Positions 39,847 to 48,759 of a DNA stretch of 64,000 bases are shown here, piece after piece. Position 1 is the stretch's first letter. Every line of letters begins with the position of its first letter. Origin of the DNA: Spirochaetota bacterium (GTDB lineage Bacteria > Spirochaetota > UBA4802 > UBA5550); NCBI GenBank assembly GCA_963663865.1, contig OY760686.1, positions 2,400,001-2,464,000 on the forward strand, in the 5' to 3' direction. The translations under genes were made by a program, and so were the position numbers. Under the pieces are notes generated by a model. It had not been told where the DNA came from. It did not search any database and worked only from the letters and a program-made list of their open reading frames with translations.

Positions 39847-40149
39847 ATGAGTGAAAAGGTCACAGTCCTGTTTTCAGATGATCAAGTGGAAAATACCACT
39901 GAGCTGCTCAAATCCATTGCCCATCCGATCAGGTTGAAAATACTCTGCTATCTCATGGCTGGCGAGAAAAAGGTTAGCGATATCGAACAGCAGTTCGACT
40001 CAACAATATCGAACATATCACAGCATCTTACTGTCCTCAGAAAAGCGGGAATTATAACAAGACGGAAGCAGGCAAATTTCATGTTCTATTCAATAAGCAA
40101 CGAACGAATCATAACGCTTATGCAGGCGTTAAAAACAAGCTTCTGCTGA
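39847..40149 (+). CDS. ArsR/SmtB-family regulator, two-Cys BigR/SqrR/YgaV type
   Basis: LKSIAHPIRLKILCYL, SNISQHLTVLR, C-terminal FC; alternative start GTG 39832. Confidence 0.85.
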   Translation: MSEKVTVLFSDDQVENTTELLKSIAHPIRLKILCYLMAGEKKVSDIEQQFDSTISNISQHLTVLRKAGIITRRKQANFMFYSISNERIITLMQALKTSFC

Positions 40150-40151
40150 AT

Positions 40152-40988
40152 CTACATAACTGACTCAATTCTTCCTGTATTAAAAAGCCTCTCTCCCCCT
40201 CTCAGGTGACAGTAAGCAACGATGTATTCCTTCTTTCCGTCACTGACAATCTTCCTGGGGATTATCTTCCGAACAGTCACATTGCCTGATGAATCACGGT
40301 ACTTTATGACAGCAGGCTGGCCGACTGTCAGGCCGGGCATAACTCTGCCGCTGCGCCGCATATCAGCCTTTAACCTTGGAGCAAGGAGCTTGCCGTGAAA
40401 AGCGGTCAGATCCGCAAGAGTCCACCTGCAGCCAGGATCCTTAAGGCGCAGCACGTCCCTGAAAATATCATGGCATCCCTCGGTGTCGCAGAACGCCCTG
40501 TGATGATCAGCAACCTCTCTGCCTATGTGTGAACATACAGTATCAAGCCTGTAATTCCCAAGGCCAGGATACGCGGCCCTCGCGAGCCGCACCGTGTCAA
40601 CGGCCCTGAAGCCTGAACAGTCATAGCCATTATCCTCCATCGCGCGGAACAGAAAAGACATATCGAAGCCGGGGTTCTGAATTACAAGCAGAGCGCCGTC
40701 AATCATGCTCGCGATTCTGTCCATGAACGCAGAAATCGGCGGGCTCTGTTCGACCATGCTGTCTGTAATACCATGAATAGCCGTTGTTTCCGGGGGGATA
40801 TTAACCCCCGGATTAACGAGCGCCTGAAATGTCTCGACTTCACCCTTCAGGCTGAAACGAATCATACCGATTTCAACAATTTCGTGCATCGCGGCGCTGA
40901 TGCCTGTCGTTTCAAGGTCTATGGCACAGAATGTCATCTCAGAGAGCTTTTTCCCCGGATTGTAATCGGTATTGAATGAAAATTTCAA
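40152..40988 (-). CDS. DEDDh (DnaQ-like) 3'-5' exonuclease with C-terminal WYL domain
   Basis: AIDLETTG, EIVEIG, IHGIT, NPGFD, HRAFCD; WYL region IKYRDSSGNVTVRKIIP...YIVAYCHLRGGERLFNTGRI. Confidence 0.85.
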   Translation of the reverse strand: MKFSFNTDYNPGKKLSEMTFCAIDLETTGISAAMHEIVEIGMIRFSLKGEVETFQALVNPGVNIPPETTAIHGITDSMVEQSPPISAFMDRIASMIDGALLVIQNPGFDMSFLFRAMEDNGYDCSGFRAVDTVRLARAAYPGLGNYRLDTVCSHIGREVADHHRAFCDTEGCHDIFRDVLRLKDPGCRWTLADLTAFHGKLLAPRLKADMRRSGRVMPGLTVGQPAVIKYRDSSGNVTVRKIIPRKIVSDGKKEYIVAYCHLRGGERLFNTGRIESVM

Positions 40989-40993
40989 ATTGC

Positions 40994-41911
40994 TTAAAAC
41001 TCGCCAATAATTTTGATTTCAGGTTCGAGATCTATACCGTATTTCTCTTTTACCTTTTCCTGAACGGTTCTTATCATCCTGAGGATATCGCCTGACGTAG
41101 CCCCGTTACGGTTTATTATAAAGTTAGTGTGCTTCTCAGAAACCTGGGCCCCGCCTGTTAAAGCGCCCTTGAGCCCTGCCCCATCAACAAGCTGCCAGGA
41201 ACTGCGCCCTTCAGGATTTTTAAATACCGAACCCGCTGAAGGATATTCAAGTGGATGTTTATTTGCTCTGTCGTCGAGTATCTCCTGAATCTTTGCCATT
41301 GACTTTTTGCTGTCGACTGACTTTTCAAGCTCAAAATCGGCTCCGGTTATCACAGCCATATCCGGAAGGTCAAAAAAGCGGTACGACGTCATCTCGGGGG
41401 CTACCCTGACATATCTCTCTTCGCCCATGTTATCAATGTAATAAACGCCTCTCATAATATCAATAAATGAACCTATGTACGTTCCTGCGTTCATGATAAT
41501 ACCGCCGCCAATCATTCCGGGAATTCCGGCCATGAACTCAGCCCCGGCAAGACCGGCTTCGGCAGTTACGTCAACAAAGCGCTCCTTCGCTACGCTGGCA
41601 TCAGCATAAACGTTAAGGCCATTAATCCTTATTTCACCCTCTGCTTCATTTTTTTCTCTTACGGCGATTACCGCGCCCCTGAGCCCCCGGTCTCCAACGA
41701 GGAGATTTGAACCTCCGCCTACAACTGTATATGGAACGGATTCTTCTCTGAGCAGCCGGATAATGCCTCGAAGACTCTTGACATTTTCCGCCTCGCAGAC
41801 AATATCTGCAGGCCCCCCGGTCCTGAATGTGGTATAATTCGACATCTGCCTTTCGGCATAGACCCTGCCGAAAGCACCAAGGGCTTTTATAAGTTCTTCA
41901 CTGTAAGTCAT
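40994..41911 (-). CDS. murB: UDP-N-acetylenolpyruvoylglucosamine reductase
   Basis: TTFRTGGPAD, GGGSNLLV, GIPGMIGG..MNAG, PSAGSVFKNP, SEKHTNFI; start placed at ATG 41911. Confidence 0.95.
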   Translation of the reverse strand: MTYSEELIKALGAFGRVYAERQMSNYTTFRTGGPADIVCEAENVKSLRGIIRLLREESVPYTVVGGGSNLLVGDRGLRGAVIAVREKNEAEGEIRINGLNVYADASVAKERFVDVTAEAGLAGAEFMAGIPGMIGGGIIMNAGTYIGSFIDIMRGVYYIDNMGEERYVRVAPEMTSYRFFDLPDMAVITGADFELEKSVDSKKSMAKIQEILDDRANKHPLEYPSAGSVFKNPEGRSSWQLVDGAGLKGALTGGAQVSEKHTNFIINRNGATSGDILRMIRTVQEKVKEKYGIDLEPEIKIIGEF

Positions 41912-42066
41912 AAAATAGTTATCCTGATTGTTTTGGTATATTTTCAGGCCGTTTGATATTCTGTCAATCATATTCGCCCGCTGTTTTATTCTTGATAAGT
42001 GGGTGCATTGTGCCGAAATTGGAATATAGGGCTTTTCAATGCCTGATGATACTGGATAATTCAGAA

Positions 42067-42570
42067 ATGGCTAAATCGACAAACAAAACCGTTCTTAAGG
42101 ATATGAAGGAATTCACTGACGAAGAGGGAAAGAAGTGGATTCAAACTTCACCCGACGACCTCTTTACGATGAAAGAGTTCAGTGAACTCTTCGCTGAAAG
42201 GGACAAACAGAAAAATGATATTGTACTTGCCCGTATTGATTTTCAGAATGTGAACCGCGAATACTACGAAACAGCTCTTGACCTGCAGAAAAAGCTCGAG
42301 AAGCAGGGAAAGCTCCTGAAAACTGTGACCGAGCAGTCGAAGGTCATCATTGACAGAAAAAACGCCAAGCTCAAGGAGCTGATCGAATACATACGTACCC
42401 TTCACGCCTTCATAGCCAATCTCAATGAAAATCCTGGAGCAGTGAACTCTGTAGCCCTGGCGGAGCCGGCTGAGCCTTCAGACGAGAAGAAAACGAGGAA
42501 ATCGGTTTACGCCGATGTTGAAGAGATTGTTATTGATGAGGAAGGGGATATTGACGCTCAGCTTGTATAA
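42067..42570 (+). CDS. Hypothetical coiled-coil protein
   Basis: Charged helical ORF from MAKSTNK; acidic C-terminus; followed by a terminator hairpin. Confidence 0.7.
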   Translation: MAKSTNKTVLKDMKEFTDEEGKKWIQTSPDDLFTMKEFSELFAERDKQKNDIVLARIDFQNVNREYYETALDLQKKLEKQGKLLKTVTEQSKVIIDRKNAKLKELIEYIRTLHAFIANLNENPGAVNSVALAEPAEPSDEKKTRKSVYADVEEIVIDEEGDIDAQLV

Positions 42571-42593
42571 GCCCCGCCTTAAGGCAGGGCTTT
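42569..42593. terminator. Bidirectional terminator
   Basis: AAGCCCCGCCTT-AAGGCAGGGCTTT between convergent genes. Confidence 0.65.
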
Positions 42594-42604
42594 ATATACG
42601 CGGT

Positions 42605-44041
42605 TTATTTCTGTGATTTCCCCGTCAACAGCTCGTCGAAACTGTATGAAACAGCGAGGGACATGGCAAGAGGGGTATCATTGTCGGTATTCTGATTGGT
42701 GTTAACTGAATGACCTGACATGAAATCAGGCCCCCGCGTGAACAGGTCAACATTAACAAGCCAATCAAGCCTGATATTGTACATTATCGCTGAAAGTCCA
42801 AGGCTAAGCTCTGTCACTGACTGCGAATTTGAATTTACCGTGTACTTGTATGACGCTCCGCCAACTGCCCCGGAAATATCGCCGGAGGTATTTCCGTAAA
42901 TCACATGGCTCAGCCCAAACCTGGCTTCAAAGTTATCAGTAGGCCTTACCTCCATTCCGATATAAACAGGTAATTCAATTGATGTAAGGTCTGACTTATA
43001 AAAGTTTACGTTATTGTCAGGTGTGATAGCGTCATTCGGAGTATAGTCGTTCTTGAACATTGTTATCGTTGAATCAATTCCTGCAAAAATCGTTACTTTA
43101 TCTGATGGACTTAATTCGTCAGAGACTCCGAGCCTTATTCGCTGTCCTTTTCTTGCATATGTATCGGAGCTGTTCTCCTGAATGATTGTATTCAGGTTGC
43201 TTCCCGCGGCAGATCGGTTCAAATAGGAATAGCCAGCCCTTACGTGGAGCTTCTGAATACTGTCTATTTTCAAATTGTAGCCGGCAAGCACATTTATATC
43301 CATTGCTCCGTCTGATTTATAGGATGTTTTCTGATTTCCGGCGGCGCTGTTCAGCTCATAGCTGTTATCAAGAACATAAAACGAAGAGCCCACCGAAAGT
43401 GTTGCATCCATGACAGGGCTGATTCTGTAAAGCCCTCCGAGTCCTACGTCATACTGAGCATTCGAAAATAGATATGAGTCGTTTGAATCCGTCACAGTAT
43501 CGTTGCCGTTCCACGACGAAGAGTAAGCAAAATTCAGGCCTACCGCTGCTGCTCCGAAATCGTATGCCGTAATTAGCCTGAAATTCTGCTGATCAAGTCC
43601 CTCTCTTTCCATTGAATCGGCATTGTCAAAATCGACTGCGCTTCCGTCCAGAGCTGTTGTCTCATAAGTCGTGACAGGATCGTAGTTTCCCGTATAAAAA
43701 AGGCCCGTCCCGTCAGAGGCTGAATTCCATATTCCGCTTTCGACGCGAGTGCCGGAAAACAGAGCCACGGTCAGCCCGTTTACGGGGCTCCAGATAAAGC
43801 CACCTGAATTCAAATAGCCGTCATCCTCAGTCCTTTCAAAGAATACTGAATTTTTGAACTGAGGAAGATACGAAGGATTTTCATAGATGTAGGACTGCAA
43901 ACCGTCAATCATCCAGGCATGTCCGGAAAGCCCCATGCCTGAATCCCTCGTAGTTGACGCCGAAGCGCCGCTTGCTGCCGTAAAGATCAGCATTGCCGCC
44001 GCAGATAGAAACATTCCCATTCTCTTCATTGATAACCTCAT
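42605..44041 (-). CDS. Putative outer-membrane beta-barrel protein with FadL-like N-terminus
   Basis: Signal peptide ASA; N-terminal RDSGMG...IYENPSYL; alternating amphipathic strands; final strand SLAVSYSF. Confidence 0.65.
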   Translation of the reverse strand: MRLSMKRMGMFLSAAAMLIFTAASGASASTTRDSGMGLSGHAWMIDGLQSYIYENPSYLPQFKNSVFFERTEDDGYLNSGGFIWSPVNGLTVALFSGTRVESGIWNSASDGTGLFYTGNYDPVTTYETTALDGSAVDFDNADSMEREGLDQQNFRLITAYDFGAAAVGLNFAYSSSWNGNDTVTDSNDSYLFSNAQYDVGLGGLYRISPVMDATLSVGSSFYVLDNSYELNSAAGNQKTSYKSDGAMDINVLAGYNLKIDSIQKLHVRAGYSYLNRSAAGSNLNTIIQENSSDTYARKGQRIRLGVSDELSPSDKVTIFAGIDSTITMFKNDYTPNDAITPDNNVNFYKSDLTSIELPVYIGMEVRPTDNFEARFGLSHVIYGNTSGDISGAVGGASYKYTVNSNSQSVTELSLGLSAIMYNIRLDWLVNVDLFTRGPDFMSGHSVNTNQNTDNDTPLAMSLAVSYSFDELLTGKSQK

Positions 44042-44148
44042 TTATCACTCCATTTATTACCGGGCATTTGCCCTGACTTCAAATGCCTGAGCTTGAAAAA
44101 TGTCAGGCAGCTTTGTCTGTATAACGGATAAAACATATTCTCCGTTAA

Positions 44149-44730
44149 TTAAAACGAATACGCAGTAAAAATATTGAGCCCTGCCGTAGAAGAACTCTTC
44201 TTTTCAAAATAATAATTTATGTTAGCTTCAACTCCAACTGTGTAACGCCCTGAAAATGTCTTCATAAGCGCCGCGCCGCCTGAGAGTGTAAAGTCCGTGG
44301 ATGAGCCGTCCGCCTCATAACCGTCATTTCCCTTGAGCGATGTGCGAATATGAGTCAGGCCGCATCCTCCCTTAAACTGAATGCGGATCAGATCTTCGGC
44401 CGGCATAACGTTAAAAGTAAGAAACGCAAGCGCAGGTACATACAGGACATGCCCCTCGTATTCAGAATCCTTGAGATATAGCCCTCCTGCCTCAAATGAG
44501 AAGCCGTGACCTGTACCTGCTGGAAGAATCTGGTAAAATAGCCTGCCCCCCGTAAAGCCGGGCTCAAGGTACTCTGACATATCACCGAAGGCCGTGTAAT
44601 ATCCGCCCGCGATACCGGCCATGCGCGTTTGTGCTGCAGCAGAAGAACCAGCCCTACTCTCCTGAACAAAAGCTCCGGAAAGCATCAGTCCAGTTGTAAA
44701 AAAAGTCATTATTATAAAACGTTTCATCAT
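44149..44730 (-). CDS. Small outer-membrane beta-barrel protein
   Basis: Signal peptide; about 8 amphipathic strands; C-terminal FTAYSF. Confidence 0.7.
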   Translation of the reverse strand: MMKRFIIMTFFTTGLMLSGAFVQESRAGSSAAAQTRMAGIAGGYYTAFGDMSEYLEPGFTGGRLFYQILPAGTGHGFSFEAGGLYLKDSEYEGHVLYVPALAFLTFNVMPAEDLIRIQFKGGCGLTHIRTSLKGNDGYEADGSSTDFTLSGGAALMKTFSGRYTVGVEANINYYFEKKSSSTAGLNIFTAYSF

Positions 44731-44736
44731 TATTTA

Positions 44737-47700
44737 TCACCAGTCCATAAACGAAAGGTTATGACAATTAGGTATACCTCCATCAGCAAAATCACTGTAA
44801 ACCGTAATACTCCTCTTTGACCTTGATGCACCCTGAATATTTATTTTAAACATCCTCCAGTAGCGGTCATTGTTTGTCTGTTCTGCTGATGGCGCATCAG
44901 ATGGAATGGATATCTCCCTGGCAAGCCCCTGCGAATCAAATATTCTCACAACGGCGTTCGAATCGCTCCACGAATTATAGTAAGAATACTTGTGAATTGT
45001 GTACGTGTAAATTCCATGGCAGTACTGAACATCACCGAGGCGGAAAATATTTATAGCCTCGGGCCCGTATCCGTCAACATCGTCAAGGACAAGACTTGAC
45101 GTTGAAAAGCTACCATCTGGATCGCCGTCGGAGCCGGCTGTATATACACCTGTACTTTCATTGTATGATTTCTTGTTTGACCAGTACACGTGAAATCTTC
45201 CCTCGGCAAGGCTCTCTGTAGGCCCTGCAAGATGAAGGTCCAGGTCAGAGGGCCTTGACTTCCACTGAACGACAACCCTCACCTGCGGTTCTGTCAGCCT
45301 TTCACATATAGCAAGTCTGTCAAGATTGCTGCTTCCATTTACTGTAACATTGTCTATAATCAGACTGAAGTAGCCTGTGTTTGATATTGTAACTGTATAG
45401 GTTCCGGGAGCAAGTCCTCCTCCTCCGGCGGAGTCAAGGGTAAAGCTGCCGTCCGCACCGCTTGTGGATGATGCTGCCTCTGATGCCGTCCAGTCGCTTA
45501 TCACAACCGAAGCGCCGCTTATTACGCTGCCGGTGTTCGCATCTATTACGGTGCCCGATACTGTCCCGGCGGAGCTTCCCTCTGGCACGAGATAAATCAC
45601 CCCGATATTTGTTACGGAACCCGGGTCAACAGTGACATTGTTTTTAAGAGCGCTGCCATATCCGGAAGCAGCGAATGTAATCTGATATCTGTTTGTTCCG
45701 ACAGGCACGCCGCTCACTGTAAAGTTACCGGTTGCTTCCGTAGTACCGGAGGCTATCTGGTCGCCGGTATCGGTTTCCTTTACGATCACTTCAGCTCCCG
45801 TTACCGGATTGCCCGATGTGTCCTTGAGCTGCCCTGAAACGTGGCCGGCTATATCCACCCCATTGCTTGATGTGCCAAATGGAGACCAGTTTCCCGCGCT
45901 GTCTCTGACGCTGATTCTCGCGTAATATTTCGATCCGTCAGCAAGGTCGGCCGTGTAGTCGAAAAACTCCGCGTTGCCTACGCTTATCCCGTCTGTGCCG
46001 CCGTAGACAACGTGAACAAATGAGCTGTCTGTAGCGATCTGTATTCGGGCCTCAACTGTATCTGCCGGGTTAACCCAGCTGAAGGAAAGCTGCACATCAG
46101 AGTCAAAATCGCCCGTGTCATAAACTGCGGGAGCCTCGGGAGCAGTAAGGTCTATCTCCCATGAATGTTCTGTCGCTGAACTGTCAGACTGCCAATTGCC
46201 CGCGCTGTCCTTCGCTATTACCTTAATAACATGATTTCCCTCGGGAAGGCCCGCAACCGATATCGCCTGCGAAACCAGTCTTTCCGCGCTCCAGCTGTCG
46301 GTATCAATTCTATACTTGTAAGTAACAGCATCGCCCGGATCTACTGTAATTCCAATACTGCCCTGGGTCGTCAGCGGGAGCGGCAGTTCGTACAATATCG
46401 CTGCAGGAGGAGTCAGGTCAACTCTCCATGTGTAGTCAGTTGAGCTTGAGACATCCTGCCATATTCCGGAGGGTTTTCTGCCTATTACCCTGAGTACATG
46501 CATAACTTCAGATATGCCCGCCTCGCTTATGGGTTCAGCTATCGAATACTCCTGGCTCCATTCGCCGCCGTCGAGAGAATACATGTACGCCGAGATATCA
46601 TCCCCCCCCACTGAAACGCTTATAAAATCCTTCTGCGAAGGGTGGGAAGGAAGGTTGGAAAGCTCGGCTTCAGGCGCCTCGAAGTTTACAGTCCACGTAC
46701 AGACAGACGCGTCAGCAGCCTGGTTCCAGTTACCCGCATCATCGCGCGCTATAACATATAGTGTATGTATTCCTTCAAAAATCCCTGAAAGTGAAAGAGG
46801 CAACTCAGCGTTGTATTCAGTGAGCGCGTCCCAGTCGTTGTCATCCGGAACTTCCGCGGGGTCGAGGATGAACTTATATGCAGCAGTATCCGCCCCGTTT
46901 ACTGTTATTAAAGCGCTTGAGCTGTTCGTGGGACTGTTTGGTGTATTCAGCAGTTCGATAACCGGAGCAACCGTATCAACCTCCCAGGACTTCTGCGTAG
47001 GACTGTCGAGAGGCTGCCAGTTGCCGGCGGCATCTCGCCCGATGACTCCCAGAGTCTGACTGCCCTGGCCTGTGACGGTTTCTATTCTCAGCGACGAGCT
47101 CCTCTCCGAACTCCAGGTTCCGCTGTTTAATCTGTACTTATATGCGACTATATCGCCGCCCGCCCTGACGCTTATTGAGCTTGTGTTTACCACACTTACA
47201 GGATAGTCATACAGGACAGCTGTAGGGGCGGTAAGGTCGACCCTCCAGCTGTAAGATGACGGCTCGCCCTTAAACTGCTGCTCATTTCCGGCAGCGTCAA
47301 TGGCCGATATATACAGAGTGTGATACCCCTCCGATATTCCCTCGACGCTTACAGGAGAATCAGGATCAAGAACACCGCTCCAGTTCCCGTTGTCGAGCTT
47401 CCAGCGGTATGAGGCTATGTCTTCATCGCTGTCAATCCTCACATTGATAAACTGATTGGATGTCGAAAGGGCCGGCAGAGTGGACTCGGTCATAACCGCC
47501 TGAGGCGTCGTAAAATCTACAGTCCATTTGTAAACCGCGCTGATTTCATCTTCAGGATAATCACCGAATACAGTCCGCCCCTGAATTTGGACAGTGTATT
47601 CTCCTTCGGTAAGCCCCTCAAGCCTGATTGACTCAGCAGCATCAATATCGCTGCTCCATGAACCTCCGTTTACTCTATAGCGCCAGAGTGAATATTCTTC

Positions 47701-48750
47701 ATCAGCAGCGATGCCAATGACTGCATTGCTGCTGTTTGTAAACTCCGCCGGGGCCTGTGAAATCACCGGGAGAAGGCTTGCTGAGTCGACCGTCCATGTG
47801 CAGATTGAAGCAGACATCTCGTCCTGCCAGTTGCCTGAGGCGTCGCATCCAATGACCCTCAAGGTGTATTCTCCGTCAGTGAGGCCTTCAAGCTCGATGG
47901 GAACATCAGCGGCAATTTCATTGCTCCATGCCGCGCCATTTAAGCTGTACATATAGAGATTAACATCGCCCCCGGTGACAACAATGGATGTTGTCTCATC
48001 CGATGTGCTGGTTGAAGGACAGTTTGCAAGACCCGCAATCGGTGCCGTAAGGTCGACATACCAGGTATAAACTGTAGGCTGGTTCATCTCCTGCCACTTC
48101 CCGTCCGATGAATCCTTACCTACGACCTTAACAGTGTGATAACCTTCGCTTAATCCCTGAAAATTCATAACTTCAGAAACCGGCATCTCGCCTGACCACT
48201 CGCCGTCGTCAAGGCTGTACTGATACGATTCAATTCCGGACGCATCAACGGTTATCACGGCATTTACATCTGATGTCACCTTTGCTGGAAGCCCGCTTAG
48301 CTTTGCTACAACATTCCCGAGTCCGTTAAATGTCGTATATGCCGCACTTAGAACATTCCCTTCAACGTCGGCGATATTTCTGGCAAGAAGTGTGTACTTT
48401 TTGCCGTTCAGCATCCTGTAGTCTTCGTCACCTTCAACGCTTAAAAGAACTGTTTTACCGTCGTCGGAAAGCCATGCATCGCTTATTTCTATCCTGTTTA
48501 CTCCCTGAATCTTAAAGTTATCAGGATTCGACGATTCTTCGGGATTAACCGGCTCTGAGAAGAGAACCTGAACCTCGCTCCGATTCAGCGCCTCGGCCTT
48601 CTCTATCGCCGGAGGTATATCATCGATAATATCCTCAGGCACGATTCCGGCGTACTCTCTCTGTTTTTTATATTCGTCAAACGCATCTCCCATGCATCCA
48701 TTAAGCAGCATGAACAGAAAAATTATTATCGTTGATATATTTCTTAGCAT
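44737..48750 (-). CDS. Large surface lipoprotein with 8 Ig-like repeats, two carboxypeptidase-regulatory-like domains and a YfaP/DUF2135-like C-terminus
   Basis: Lipobox LNG-C; eight ~90-aa units YxYxLDggxWS...EGxHTLxVxgxDaaGNWQ...WxVD; VVVQWKSRPSDLDLHL and DDVDGYGPE. Confidence 0.8.
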   Translation of the reverse strand: MLRNISTIIIFLFMLLNGCMGDAFDEYKKQREYAGIVPEDIIDDIPPAIEKAEALNRSEVQVLFSEPVNPEESSNPDNFKIQGVNRIEISDAWLSDDGKTVLLSVEGDEDYRMLNGKKYTLLARNIADVEGNVLSAAYTTFNGLGNVVAKLSGLPAKVTSDVNAVITVDASGIESYQYSLDDGEWSGEMPVSEVMNFQGLSEGYHTVKVVGKDSSDGKWQEMNQPTVYTWYVDLTAPIAGLANCPSTSTSDETTSIVVTGGDVNLYMYSLNGAAWSNEIAADVPIELEGLTDGEYTLRVIGCDASGNWQDEMSASICTWTVDSASLLPVISQAPAEFTNSSNAVIGIAADEEYSLWRYRVNGGSWSSDIDAAESIRLEGLTEGEYTVQIQGRTVFGDYPEDEISAVYKWTVDFTTPQAVMTESTLPALSTSNQFINVRIDSDEDIASYRWKLDNGNWSGVLDPDSPVSVEGISEGYHTLYISAIDAAGNEQQFKGEPSSYSWRVDLTAPTAVLYDYPVSVVNTSSISVRAGGDIVAYKYRLNSGTWSSERSSSLRIETVTGQGSQTLGVIGRDAAGNWQPLDSPTQKSWEVDTVAPVIELLNTPNSPTNSSSALITVNGADTAAYKFILDPAEVPDDNDWDALTEYNAELPLSLSGIFEGIHTLYVIARDDAGNWNQAADASVCTWTVNFEAPEAELSNLPSHPSQKDFISVSVGGDDISAYMYSLDGGEWSQEYSIAEPISEAGISEVMHVLRVIGRKPSGIWQDVSSSTDYTWRVDLTPPAAILYELPLPLTTQGSIGITVDPGDAVTYKYRIDTDSWSAERLVSQAISVAGLPEGNHVIKVIAKDSAGNWQSDSSATEHSWEIDLTAPEAPAVYDTGDFDSDVQLSFSWVNPADTVEARIQIATDSSFVHVVYGGTDGISVGNAEFFDYTADLADGSKYYARISVRDSAGNWSPFGTSSNGVDIAGHVSGQLKDTSGNPVTGAEVIVKETDTGDQIASGTTEATGNFTVSGVPVGTNRYQITFAASGYGSALKNNVTVDPGSVTNIGVIYLVPEGSSAGTVSGTVIDANTGSVISGASVVISDWTASEAASSTSGADGSFTLDSAGGGGLAPGTYTVTISNTGYFSLIIDNVTVNGSSNLDRLAICERLTEPQVRVVVQWKSRPSDLDLHLAGPTESLAEGRFHVYWSNKKSYNESTGVYTAGSDGDPDGSFSTSSLVLDDVDGYGPEAINIFRLGDVQYCHGIYTYTIHKYSYYNSWSDSNAVVRIFDSQGLAREISIPSDAPSAEQTNNDRYWRMFKINIQGASRSKRSITVYSDFADGGIPNCHNLSFMDW

Positions 48751-48759
48751 AGTGTCACC

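Noticed and set aside
44061-44110. Overlapping inverted repeats upstream of the large beta-barrel gene
   Set aside because: Likely a simple mRNA-stabilising or terminator hairpin; no evidence for a switch
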